This document shows, one piece after another, positions 42,733 through 52,028 of a DNA stretch of 64,000 nucleotides; positions within the stretch are counted from its first letter, which is position 1, and each line of letters starts with the position of its first letter. The notes under the pieces were generated by a model, which searched no databases, was not told the origin of the DNA, and saw only the letters and a program-made list of their open reading frames with translations. The position numbers and the translations under genes were made by a program. Source of the stretch: an uncultured candidatus Porisulfidus sp. (lineage in GTDB: Bacteria > Pseudomonadota > Gammaproteobacteria > Poriferisulfidales > Poriferisulfidaceae); contig OZ244883.1 in the NCBI GenBank assembly GCA_965221375.1, positions 892,409 to 956,408 of the forward strand, written 5' to 3'.

Positions 42733-44256
42733 TTAATATAACTTTTTCGCACACAAAAAACAGAAAGCAAGTGCCAGCAATGACAATACTGCAAACGGCC
42801 ATTCTCCTAGCCGAACATAAGGAGTGACCCCGTCTCGAGATTGCACTTCTCCTTCCAGAATTACTCTTTTGAACAGCGGTGTTGTTTTCTCGACGGACCC
42901 ATCCGCTCTAATAATAGCAGTGACTCCACCATTCGCAGCGCGAAGAAGGTCCCGCCCTGTTTCTATGGCACGGAGCCGATTTGCTTCCAAGTGCTGCCAC
43001 GGCCCTCGGCTATAACCGAACCACGAGTCGTTGCTGACGTTAATCAAATAAGCCGCATCGGGAAAGGAGAGGCGGGTGATTTCCGGGTAGATTGATTCGT
43101 AGCAGATCGACACGCCAACAGGGTGATTATGTATTTGAAGTAGCGGCCTGTCCTGTGAAGATTCCAAATTATTCATTCTAAAATCCATTTGTCGATAGAT
43201 TGGTTCTAGCCAGTCTGCCAACGGCGTATATTCCCCAAGTGGAACCAAACGCCGTTTCCCGTAACGTTGATTTGTCTTAATATTTATCAACCCTGCATGA
43301 AACTGAGACGGGCTTTCCCCTAAGTAAAACGTACCTGACAGGAGAGTCGCATCGGCATCCAAGATATCAGTTGCTATCATTTGATAATAAGAGGCGACTT
43401 CCACATAAAACTTTGGGATTGCTCCTTCTGGCCAAATAATTACAGGTGTTTTTGCCACTTGCCGCGTCATGTTTTGATAAGTCTGCATGATCAGTTCCAT
43501 GTTTTGTTCCCGCCATATGACGCCTTGATCCAGGTTAGCCTGAATTAAAGCCACCTGCACAGGTTCTCCCAACGGCTTGCTCCAAGATATATGGCGCACG
43601 CTTTCGCCACCCACGATAATGAGTGCCACAGCACTTAACCAAACGACACGCATAGAGGAATTCCGTTGCAGACATCCGACAAACCACCCCATCGACAACA
43701 AAAGTATCAGGCCCGTCCCATAGACACCCACCAAGGGCAAGTAGCCGGCCCAAGGACTGTCCAATCCTCCTTGCCCGAATAAAACCCAAGGAAATCCATG
43801 CAATACCGTTCCTCTCGTCCATTCGGATACGGCTAGGAGTACAGCCACGGTAGTCAAGCGGCGTAAGCCTTTCGGGAACAAGCGAGCCCCCAACCACGCG
43901 GCAAGCATCGGATACAAGGATAGGTAGAATATTAGAGTTATCGTGATAGCCAGTGATAGCCATAGAGGTGTGTCGGCGTGGTTGTATAAACCGGAAGCGA
44001 TCCAGTAAGTACCACAGCCGAAATATCCGATGCCAAACAACCAGCCACGTTGCGCGGCGGTTTTCCCCAAGCTTGAATTGATAATATAGAAAAACATAAT
44101 GAGTCCGATCCAGAGTGCCGGGCGAAAGGCATATGGAGCAAAACCAAATGAGGCAACAACGCCGCCACTCACAGCGCATGCATGCCCCCAAAGCGGGCTC
44201 TTAAATCTCCGCATTAAATTGGGGGAGTCGGATGATTCCATGCCGTATTCAGGCAA
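42733..44256 (-). CDS. lnt: Apolipoprotein N-acyltransferase, second copy
   Basis: GFPW, WPEG, YGKRRLVPLGEY, ICYE, SNDSWFG; collinear with the copy at 31477; start may be a downstream Met. Confidence 0.93.
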   Translation of the reverse strand: MPEYGMESSDSPNLMRRFKSPLWGHACAVSGGVVASFGFAPYAFRPALWIGLIMFFYIINSSLGKTAAQRGWLFGIGYFGCGTYWIASGLYNHADTPLWLSLAITITLIFYLSLYPMLAAWLGARLFPKGLRRLTTVAVLLAVSEWTRGTVLHGFPWVLFGQGGLDSPWAGYLPLVGVYGTGLILLLSMGWFVGCLQRNSSMRVVWLSAVALIIVGGESVRHISWSKPLGEPVQVALIQANLDQGVIWREQNMELIMQTYQNMTRQVAKTPVIIWPEGAIPKFYVEVASYYQMIATDILDADATLLSGTFYLGESPSQFHAGLINIKTNQRYGKRRLVPLGEYTPLADWLEPIYRQMDFRMNNLESSQDRPLLQIHNHPVGVSICYESIYPEITRLSFPDAAYLINVSNDSWFGYSRGPWQHLEANRLRAIETGRDLLRAANGGVTAIIRADGSVEKTTPLFKRVILEGEVQSRDGVTPYVRLGEWPFAVLSLLALAFCFLCAKKLY

Positions 44257-44410
44257 GATTAAAACAACCGTATAGACGCAAGGGAATCAAAATGGTATAA
44301 ATAAAACACTGTAACTATAATTCGGACTATTTGAAGGCGTTTTGTACGCTTGGGCTATGCGACGCGAACTCCTTCTGGCGAGAAATTTTCCCAACACTTT
44401 TATTTATGCC

Positions 44411-46168
44411 ATGAAGCAAATCGCAAGTAGTTTAATATTTTTGATTACTCTGGCGATTTTAACAGAAGCATGGGCGGCCAAACCCAGGGAGCGAGTCGAA
44501 AATTTCACTCTCTTAGACCATCGTGGAGAATCTCATGAGCTGTATTACTACAGCGATACCGCGGCTTTGGTAATTATGGTTCAAGGCAATGGCTGTCCCA
44601 TTTCAAGAAACGCATGGCCTCGTTTCAAGGAGCTAAGCCACGAATATGCCCAAAAGAGGGTGAAGTTTATGATGATCAACTCCAATCTTCAAGATCATCG
44701 AACAAGCATAAGCCGGGAGGCGGAGCAATTCGAAATAAATCTGCCAATCCTGGTTGACGATACTCAGATTATTGGAGAGTCGCTGGGTTTGATCCGTACA
44801 GGCGAAGTGTTCGTGTTAAATCCCAAGGATTGGACTGTGGTGTACCGGGGTGCCATGGACGATCGGTTGACCTACGAAGTGCAGAAAGCGGTTGCGAGCC
44901 AACATTATTTGAAAGATGCGCTGGACGACTTTCTGGAGGGGGTGCCAGTGCGCACGGCGAGTACCGATGCGGTGGGTTGCCTAATCAATTTCCCTCGAAT
45001 GAGGCAACAGCAAAGTTCGGAGAAAATCTCCTACTCGAAAGAGATCGCCCCGATTCTGATAAACAAATGCGTGATCTGCCATCGCTCAGGAGGTATTGGT
45101 CCCTGGGCGATGACGGACTACAGCATGGTACGTGGTTTCGCCCCGATGATTCGCGAGGTCATTAGAACCAAGCGGATGCCGCCTTGGCATGCCGACCCCG
45201 CTTTTGGACACTTCAGCAATGATCGCTCTTTGACGGTAGAAGAGGTTCAGACCTTGGTTCATTGGGTAGAGTCAGGAGCCCCGAGAGGCGAAGGAGCTGA
45301 CCCACTTTCCAAGATGGACCACAACCGGCCACAGTGGAAGCTCGGTGAGCCCGATTTAGTGATTGAGATTCCCGCAACGGAGGTTCCAGCAACCGGCCTT
45401 GTCGAGTATCAATACCAGCTGGCGGAGAACCCCTTGGATGAACACGTATGGATTTGGGCATCAGAAATCATTCCAGGGGATCCTTCCGCACTGCATCATG
45501 TGGTAACCAAGTTCGGGGCCATAGAGGTGGCAGGTACCGGTGGCGAGAAGATTGAGCAAGGAGTAGCAGAGCAGTTGGGGGTATATTTGCCGGGGCGATG
45601 GGAGGATGTTTGCTCTCAGGATAGTGCCGTATTACTACCTTCCGGGGCAACATTTGAGTTTGAGATGCATTACACGACCTACGGCCGAAAAACTGTGGAT
45701 CGTTCGCGCTTTGGCCTTTATTTCCGTAAAAATCCTCCCAAGCACCACTTGCAGGTGGCTTTTTTCGTGAATAAGGATATAAAGATCCCACCTCACGCGA
45801 AAAACCACAAGGAAACCGCCGAGCAGGTCTTTACCTGGGGAGATGTGCTGATCTTTGACTTGCATCCCCATGCCCACTACCGTGGCAAGGCATCAAATTT
45901 TGTTGCCTATTATCCGAATGGGACCGCCGAAACCCTGCTGTCCGTACCGGATTACGATTTCAACTGGCAAACATCCTATAAACTTGCCGAGCCCAAATTG
46001 CTGCCGAAAGGTACACGGGTCGTACACACCACTTGGTGGGATAATTCGGCACAGAACCCGGCCAATCCCGATCCGACTCGTGAAGTCCCTTGGGGGCTGC
46101 AGAGTATGGATGAAATGCTGTACGGGACGATCCGGTTCAGCTATATTGATTCGACATATTCGCCCTGA
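44411..46168 (+). CDS. Exported redoxin + cytochrome c + PHM/DBH-type copper monooxygenase fusion
   Basis: Signal peptide ending AWA; redoxin FTLLDH..GNGCPI..GCLI; heme CVICH and MPPW; Cu ligands LHH, MHY, PHAH, DEM. Confidence 0.8.
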   Translation: MKQIASSLIFLITLAILTEAWAAKPRERVENFTLLDHRGESHELYYYSDTAALVIMVQGNGCPISRNAWPRFKELSHEYAQKRVKFMMINSNLQDHRTSISREAEQFEINLPILVDDTQIIGESLGLIRTGEVFVLNPKDWTVVYRGAMDDRLTYEVQKAVASQHYLKDALDDFLEGVPVRTASTDAVGCLINFPRMRQQQSSEKISYSKEIAPILINKCVICHRSGGIGPWAMTDYSMVRGFAPMIREVIRTKRMPPWHADPAFGHFSNDRSLTVEEVQTLVHWVESGAPRGEGADPLSKMDHNRPQWKLGEPDLVIEIPATEVPATGLVEYQYQLAENPLDEHVWIWASEIIPGDPSALHHVVTKFGAIEVAGTGGEKIEQGVAEQLGVYLPGRWEDVCSQDSAVLLPSGATFEFEMHYTTYGRKTVDRSRFGLYFRKNPPKHHLQVAFFVNKDIKIPPHAKNHKETAEQVFTWGDVLIFDLHPHAHYRGKASNFVAYYPNGTAETLLSVPDYDFNWQTSYKLAEPKLLPKGTRVVHTTWWDNSAQNPANPDPTREVPWGLQSMDEMLYGTIRFSYIDSTYSP

Positions 46169-46290
46169 GGTCCGAGTCGACGCGACTTCATCAAATGTCG
46201 CTTTTCCATCGCAGTGTGCGCTGGAGTTATGAGACTTGCGCCTATTGGCGGTCGGTTAAATTTGACGCATCCCCTTGCATGTCGAAAGGT

Positions 46291-46319
46291 ATGATTTCAA
46301 ATCATTTTCATATAATGAT
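46291..46319 (+). promoter_or_regulatory. Inverted repeats and TATAAT upstream of the T2SS operon
   Basis: ATGATTT-C-AAATCAT (46291-46305), ATCATT-N7-AATGAT (46301-46319), TATAAT at 46311-46316. Confidence 0.45.
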
Positions 46320-46357
46320 GAGATTGACACCAAGGGAATTCCCCATAGGATAGAGGC

Positions 46358-46774
46358 ATGTCTCGATCGCCTTCACGAATGAGAGGTTTCACCCTCATCG
46401 AGTTACTTGTGGTTTTGGTGATTTTGGGGTTGATTGGGTCGATTGCGGCCCCGCAGGTTTTCAAGTGGCTTGCCAAGGCCAATGCAGATGCCGCCAAGGT
46501 TCAAATTTTCGCCCTCAGCAGCGGTGTCGATTTGTATCGTCTTGAGGTGGGTTCATACCCCCCAAGCCTACAGGCATTGATTGCTCGTCCGAGCAATGCT
46601 GTACGCTGGAATGGGCCGTATTTGAAGCAGAACACGCTGCCGAAAGATCCTTGGGGGCGGGAGTACCAATATCAATATCCGGGAGAATACGGAGTCTACG
46701 ATTTATATTCTCTTGGAGCGGATGGCGAAGTTGGGGGAGAAGGAGAAAATGCAGATTTGACTAACTGGGAGTAG
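46358..46774 (+). CDS. gspG: T2SS major pseudopilin
   Basis: RG/FTLIELLVV, LYRLEVGSYP, WNGPYL, PKDPWG, YSLGADG. Confidence 0.97.
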   Translation: MSRSPSRMRGFTLIELLVVLVILGLIGSIAAPQVFKWLAKANADAAKVQIFALSSGVDLYRLEVGSYPPSLQALIARPSNAVRWNGPYLKQNTLPKDPWGREYQYQYPGEYGVYDLYSLGADGEVGGEGENADLTNWE

Positions 46775-46783
46775 GTACGACAG

Positions 46784-48460
46784 GTGGAGGAGAACATCGG
46801 TGAGTTGCTAGTTGAGAGTGGGTATTTGAAGCCTGCGGACCTTGATCGGGCGATGAGATTGCGCGCGGGTAGCGGTCAGCGGTTAAGTAGCCTTCTCGTA
46901 TCACTAGGCCTGATTAAAGAAGAGGATTTGGCTCATGTGCTGGCTGAGGAATTGGCCCTCGATATTACTCCAGCCGAAGACTACCGTAATTTTTCAGAAA
47001 TCAAGGGTCTGATCTCCCCAGATTTTTTGCGACAGGTTCAAGCAGTTCCTATTTCGGGACAAGATGGGCAGATCAAAATCGCGATTGCCAATCCATTTGA
47101 CAAATACGCTGTTGACGCCCTGCAGCTTGCATTGGGCCATCCCGTTTCCGTTCAGGTAGGACGAGTCTCCGAGATAGAAGCCGCTATTGAAAAATGCTAT
47201 GGGGACTCGTCGCCTATGGCGCAGATCACCGCTCAGACGGGCGAGCATTATCGACAGGATGCGGACGATATTCAACACTTACGGGATTTGGCCAGCGAGG
47301 CCCCGATTATTCGGGCAGTGAATCTCTTGATTTCTAAAGCTTTGAGCAAACATGCTTCAGATATCCACATCGAACCGTTCGATGGGACTCTCAAAGTGCG
47401 CTATCGCCTGGATGGTGTATTGCGTGACGTTGAAGCTCCTCCGGCGCGCTCGGCGGATGCCATTCTTTCGCGGATCAAGGTGATGGCAGATCTTAATATT
47501 GCGGAACGACGGTTGCCTCAGGATGGACGGATCATGATGCGGTTTGAAGGGAGAGAGGTAGATGTTCGCATTTCATTCATTCCGACGGCGCACGGGGAAA
47601 GCGTTGTGTTAAGGCTTTTGGACCGAGAGGCGACACCGTTGGACTTCCGTTCTCTGGGTTTTCAGGAACAGGTTCTTCCCCAGTTTGGGCGCCTGTTGGA
47701 GAGGCCGCAAGGTATCGTTTTGGTCACAGGACCAACGGGCAGTGGGAAAACAACGACGATATACACAGTACTGCAGAAACTCAATACTCCAGAAGTCAAA
47801 ATCTTAACAGTTGAAGATCCGGTCGAATACCGGATGGAAGGTGTCAACCAAGTACACGTTCGTCCTGATCTGGGACTTACCTTCGCCCATGCGTTGCGCT
47901 CTTTTCTGCGACAGGACCCAGATATCATCATGGTAGGAGAGATGCGCGATTTGGAGACGGCCAAGATAGCCGTACAGTCTGCTCTGACGGGCCATAAAGT
48001 TTTTTCTACACTTCATACTAATGACGCAGCCAGCAGTATCACGAGGTTATTGGATATGGGTGTTGAGGACTACCTGGTAAGTTCGACGGTAAACGGAATC
48101 GTGGCACAGAGATTGGTACGCACGCTCTGCCCGCATTGCAAGCAACCGCATAAAGATGCGAACGCGATTATCAAAGCCTTAGGCTTGGAGCGTGAGGACG
48201 CCGACCCGGAACTGTATCAAGCGGTGGGGTGTGAGCAATGTGACGAGACAGGCTATAAGGGGCGCACCAGCATTGTTGAATTGCTAACAATGACGGACCG
48301 CTTGAGACAAGCAATTTTAGAGAGCAGTGATGCGTCGCGCCTCCGCAATATCGCAAGAGAAGAAGGGGTTTTAAGCCTACGGGAAGACGGACTTCATAAA
48401 GCCATGCTGGGAGTAACGACGGTAGAGGAAGTAGACCGGGTCACTCGCGGGTCCGAATAG
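46784..48460 (+). CDS. gspE: T2SS ATPase
   Basis: AERRLPQDG, GPTGSGKTT, TVEDPVEY, LRQDPD..GEMRD, CPHC..CEQC. Confidence 0.96.
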   Translation: MEENIGELLVESGYLKPADLDRAMRLRAGSGQRLSSLLVSLGLIKEEDLAHVLAEELALDITPAEDYRNFSEIKGLISPDFLRQVQAVPISGQDGQIKIAIANPFDKYAVDALQLALGHPVSVQVGRVSEIEAAIEKCYGDSSPMAQITAQTGEHYRQDADDIQHLRDLASEAPIIRAVNLLISKALSKHASDIHIEPFDGTLKVRYRLDGVLRDVEAPPARSADAILSRIKVMADLNIAERRLPQDGRIMMRFEGREVDVRISFIPTAHGESVVLRLLDREATPLDFRSLGFQEQVLPQFGRLLERPQGIVLVTGPTGSGKTTTIYTVLQKLNTPEVKILTVEDPVEYRMEGVNQVHVRPDLGLTFAHALRSFLRQDPDIIMVGEMRDLETAKIAVQSALTGHKVFSTLHTNDAASSITRLLDMGVEDYLVSSTVNGIVAQRLVRTLCPHCKQPHKDANAIIKALGLEREDADPELYQAVGCEQCDETGYKGRTSIVELLTMTDRLRQAILESSDASRLRNIAREEGVLSLREDGLHKAMLGVTTVEEVDRVTRGSE

Positions 48461-48467
48461 AAACGTG

Positions 48468-49679
48468 ATGAAATTTCAGTATAAGGCGGCCTCTCAGTCC
48501 GGGGAAGTGCTGGAGGGGGTGCTGGATGCCGAAGATGAGAAAACTGCAGTCCAGAGAATCCAGGCACAGGGCCACGTGCCTATCCTTGTCGAGAAAGCTA
48601 AGCCAGTATCGAAGAAGCGCTCCGGTTTGATTGGAACTCGTTTCAGGGGACGTTTGAGAGATACTGATATGTTTTGTATAGAACTGGCTACTTTGCTGAA
48701 GGCAGGGTTACCCTTGAGTCAGGCTCTCGAAATTCTTGCCGGGATGCTCAAAAATCAACTGATTGGAGAAGTTGTCGAGGATATTCAGTTGCAGGTCCGC
48801 AAAGGAGAGCGTCTGTCTTCGGCCTTAGGGCGGCACCCCAAAGTTTTTACTAGCATGGATTTAAGCATGGTGCGTACGGGAGAGGCCAGCGGCAATTTAA
48901 CCGCTGCGCTGGAACGAATCGCCGGTTTTCGAAAGCGGGCTAGAGAGGTTCGCGAGGCTCTCGCCTCGACTCTAATTTATCCCATTATCCTTTTAGTCTT
49001 TGCCGGTATCTCGCTAGTCGTCATTTTGGGTGTGGTTATTCCGAAAATCTCAGCGTTGTTCGCCGATGCAGGGCATGAATTACCCATGATTACCCAGTTG
49101 GTTGTTGGTGTTGGTGATTTCGTGCAAAACTGGTGGTGGGCTGGGCTGATTATCTTGTTTTCTGGGGCGTTATATCTGCGCTTGAGATTAGGGACGGCGA
49201 TTTTTCGGATGGCATGGGACCGCCGACTATTGACCATCCCAGTTCTGGGGATGTGGCTTTCGAAATACGAAACAGCAAAATTCACAAGAATTTTAGGCAC
49301 CTTACTGCAGAACGGCATGACATTGTTGGATGCTGTGGAGGTGGCTCGCGATGTTGTGGTCAACACGCATATCAAATCCGGCATTTCCAGGGTAATTACA
49401 GAAATCAGGCAGGGGCACGGATTTTCAATCCCACTCTTGGACGCAGGAGTCTTTCCCAAGTTGGCAACAGATCTAGTGCAGGTGGGTGAGAAAACAGGGA
49501 GCCTCGACGAAATGCTGCTAGAAGTCGCTCATATTTATGAGCGGGATACCCAGCAGCAAATCAAGCAGATAATGAGCGTGTTAAGCCCGGTACTGATTCT
49601 TTTTCTTGCGGTTTTGATCGGTGTAATTGTGATGTCTGTTCTCGTTGCTGTTCTTGGGGTCAATGAGCTCGCATTCTAA
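48468..49679 (+). CDS. gspF: T2SS inner-membrane platform protein
   Basis: LATLLKAGLPL, GEASGNL, LIYP, GEKTGSLDEML; three TM segments. Confidence 0.95.
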   Translation: MKFQYKAASQSGEVLEGVLDAEDEKTAVQRIQAQGHVPILVEKAKPVSKKRSGLIGTRFRGRLRDTDMFCIELATLLKAGLPLSQALEILAGMLKNQLIGEVVEDIQLQVRKGERLSSALGRHPKVFTSMDLSMVRTGEASGNLTAALERIAGFRKRAREVREALASTLIYPIILLVFAGISLVVILGVVIPKISALFADAGHELPMITQLVVGVGDFVQNWWWAGLIILFSGALYLRLRLGTAIFRMAWDRRLLTIPVLGMWLSKYETAKFTRILGTLLQNGMTLLDAVEVARDVVVNTHIKSGISRVITEIRQGHGFSIPLLDAGVFPKLATDLVQVGEKTGSLDEMLLEVAHIYERDTQQQIKQIMSVLSPVLILFLAVLIGVIVMSVLVAVLGVNELAF

Positions 49680-50169
49680 TGTTCGCTGCCGAATCCAAGG
49701 ATTTGCTTTGGTCGAGCTGCTAGTAATCTTAGCGATCATCGCATTGGCATTTTCCGTGACACTTCCCGCTTTGACCGGGGGTTCTACTATCGAAACTCTT
49801 GCGGCAGCCCGCACAGTTGCTGCAGGGTTGAGGCAAACTAGGGACCGGGCCATCACATCTAACCAAACGGCGGTCATGGAAGTGGATGTGGGACGCAAAC
49901 AAATTGTGCTGGGGGAACAATTTCGCCAACTGCCCGAAAGAATCCATTTGAAATTGCTTACCGCGAAAAGGGAACGTTTGGGGGTTTCGCGTGGAGCCAT
50001 CCGCTTTTTTCCAGATGGCAGTTCGACCGGAGGGCGCATTACCTTGATGCGGGATAATGTGAATTATCTAATTGATGTTGATTGGTTGACGGGGAGGGTC
50101 ATTATCCGGAATAGTGTGCCGGATGATGGGGGCGAGTCGAGCTTGTTTGAGTGGGTTCATATCGAATGA
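49663..50169 (+). CDS. gspH: T2SS minor pseudopilin H
   Basis: QG/FALVE prepilin motif, IRFFPDGSSTGG, VDWLTG. Confidence 0.9.
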   Translation: MSSHSNVRCRIQGFALVELLVILAIIALAFSVTLPALTGGSTIETLAAARTVAAGLRQTRDRAITSNQTAVMEVDVGRKQIVLGEQFRQLPERIHLKLLTAKRERLGVSRGAIRFFPDGSSTGGRITLMRDNVNYLIDVDWLTGRVIIRNSVPDDGGESSLFEWVHIE

Positions 50170-50603
50170 GGTGTTCCATAAAGATTTTTCACTTTTCCAG
50201 CCCGCGAGAGCGATCGCGAGGGTTTTCCTTGGTCGAGATTTTGGCAGCGTTCACAATTCTCGGATTGTTCGTGGCAACGGCGTTTCAGGCGTTTTCTATG
50301 GGGATGACTGCCAGTATACGAACCGGAGAATATGCAAAGGCTCAAATTCTCGCAAAGTCGAAGTTGGAAGATCTTGCAGAATCAGATTTGTTGATGCCTG
50401 GCGAAAATGAAGGCCAGATCACGTTGGGCGATGAGGAGCAAATATTCCGATGGCGTACAAGGATTGAGAACGGGCGCCAAGAGACACAAGGCTCGTTGAC
50501 CCCCCTGCAGGCAATAGTTGAGGTGACTTGGGATAGCGAAAGCGCTTTATCTGTGCCGGGAGCATTTGAACTACATGCGCTTCTGATTTCAGAAAAATCA
50601 TGA
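50166..50603 (+). CDS. gspI: T2SS minor pseudopilin I
   Basis: RG/FSLVEILAA; ATGA overlap with gspH stop. Confidence 0.88.
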   Translation: MRCSIKIFHFSSPRERSRGFSLVEILAAFTILGLFVATAFQAFSMGMTASIRTGEYAKAQILAKSKLEDLAESDLLMPGENEGQITLGDEEQIFRWRTRIENGRQETQGSLTPLQAIVEVTWDSESALSVPGAFELHALLISEKS

Positions 50604-51220
50604 GAAACTATTCCCGCACCCAAGGATTTACTCTTCTGGAGCTCTTAGTTGGTATTACTCTTTTTGCATTGATTTCTGCGGCAGTTTACGGGGTTTTAAA
50701 TACTGCAGGAAAGCTTTGGGAACGCGGGGATCAGCAGGCTGTAGCAAATACCCAGATACGGTTTGCTCTTGATTACATGCGGCGTCAAATGTCCAGGACT
50801 TTGCCGGTGGCAACTCCAGTGGATGGGAGTTGGAAGGTATGGTTCGAAGGCGAATCCCACAGAGTTCGTTTCCTTGTCAAAGGACCTCGACATGTCGGGC
50901 TGCATGGGTTTTACGAGACTGTGATTTTCCACAATAGGGAAGTCATTCCTCCCCGCATAGACTTGGAAATGCGCCGAATCGACAAAAAAACAGCACAGAG
51001 TGTTTTTCGGAAGACCTTACTAGAAGACATTCCGGAAGTCAGCTTTGAATATTTTGGAGTTTACGACGGAGAAGATAAGATGATATGGGCGTCGCAGTGG
51101 CAAGAGCATCAGTCTCTGCCTCGATTGGTGCGTGTGCAGTTGAATAGTAACATCACTGGAGAATGGCCGGAACTCACGGTCCGGTTGCCTACGGATGCCA
51201 TACGATACCACCAATTTTAA
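50600..51220 (+). CDS. gspJ: T2SS minor pseudopilin J
   Basis: QG/FTLLELLV, W...W...LPRLVRV. Confidence 0.88.
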   Translation: MRNYSRTQGFTLLELLVGITLFALISAAVYGVLNTAGKLWERGDQQAVANTQIRFALDYMRRQMSRTLPVATPVDGSWKVWFEGESHRVRFLVKGPRHVGLHGFYETVIFHNREVIPPRIDLEMRRIDKKTAQSVFRKTLLEDIPEVSFEYFGVYDGEDKMIWASQWQEHQSLPRLVRVQLNSNITGEWPELTVRLPTDAIRYHQF

Positions 51221-52019
51221 ACAGCGCGGAGTCGTGCTTGTTTGGGTTTTGTGGGTGGGCACACTCTTGAGCTTGATTGCTGCGAGTTACGCTTTCGGAG
51301 TGAAGACGGGAACAGTTTCGGTGACTAACGCGGGCCAGCGCCTACAGGCTGAAGCATTGGCTGAATCGGCCGTCAATATGGCGATTCTCGAATTGCTTGA
51401 AATGGATGGCGCCATGCGCTGGAGAATTAATGGAGAGTTGCAGCAGAGGCCGTTTGGAGGAGGCGCATCAAGCTATGTTGTGCATGCAGAAACCGGCAAG
51501 ATTAATCTCAATATGGCACAGGAAGAAGTTATCAAAAAATTGGGAGTGGCGGACCTTGATATGGAAATAGCACGCCGTAGAGCAAGTCGGCCCCAAGCAT
51601 TTCTGTCTGCCGATGAGTCGGAGGTGCCGGACAAGATTTTGCCAATTATCACGATCTATTCGGAAACCGGAGCGATTGATCCTGTAGTGGCTTCTCGCGA
51701 CGCATTGTTGGCTGTTCCCGGTCTTGACGAAAGAGCCGTGGATACGTTTCTTCGTGAACGGGAGGTTCGAAAAAAGGGTGACGCCATTACCCATAACGAA
51801 GTGGCTCAGGAAATTGCTCCTTTGCTGAAAGACGGGAAGCAGTTTTTAGCAATTCTACCGGCACGGTATTACACTGTTTCTGCAAAGGGGGTTACGGAAG
51901 ACAGGGTTGCATCTTTTGTCCAAGCCATTGTCAAAATAACTCCCGATGCGATTCCCGCCTATCAAGTGCTTTCATGGCGAACCGGCCCCGAAGTGGAAAT
52001 CCCAGACAACCTGCAATAA
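51195..52019 (+). CDS. gspK: T2SS minor pseudopilin K
   Basis: QRG/VVLVWVLW lacking E+5, GKINLN, HhH-like ALLAVPGL. Confidence 0.85.
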   Translation: MPYDTTNFKQRGVVLVWVLWVGTLLSLIAASYAFGVKTGTVSVTNAGQRLQAEALAESAVNMAILELLEMDGAMRWRINGELQQRPFGGGASSYVVHAETGKINLNMAQEEVIKKLGVADLDMEIARRRASRPQAFLSADESEVPDKILPIITIYSETGAIDPVVASRDALLAVPGLDERAVDTFLREREVRKKGDAITHNEVAQEIAPLLKDGKQFLAILPARYYTVSAKGVTEDRVASFVQAIVKITPDAIPAYQVLSWRTGPEVEIPDNLQ

Positions 52020-52028
52020 ACCTTTAGT

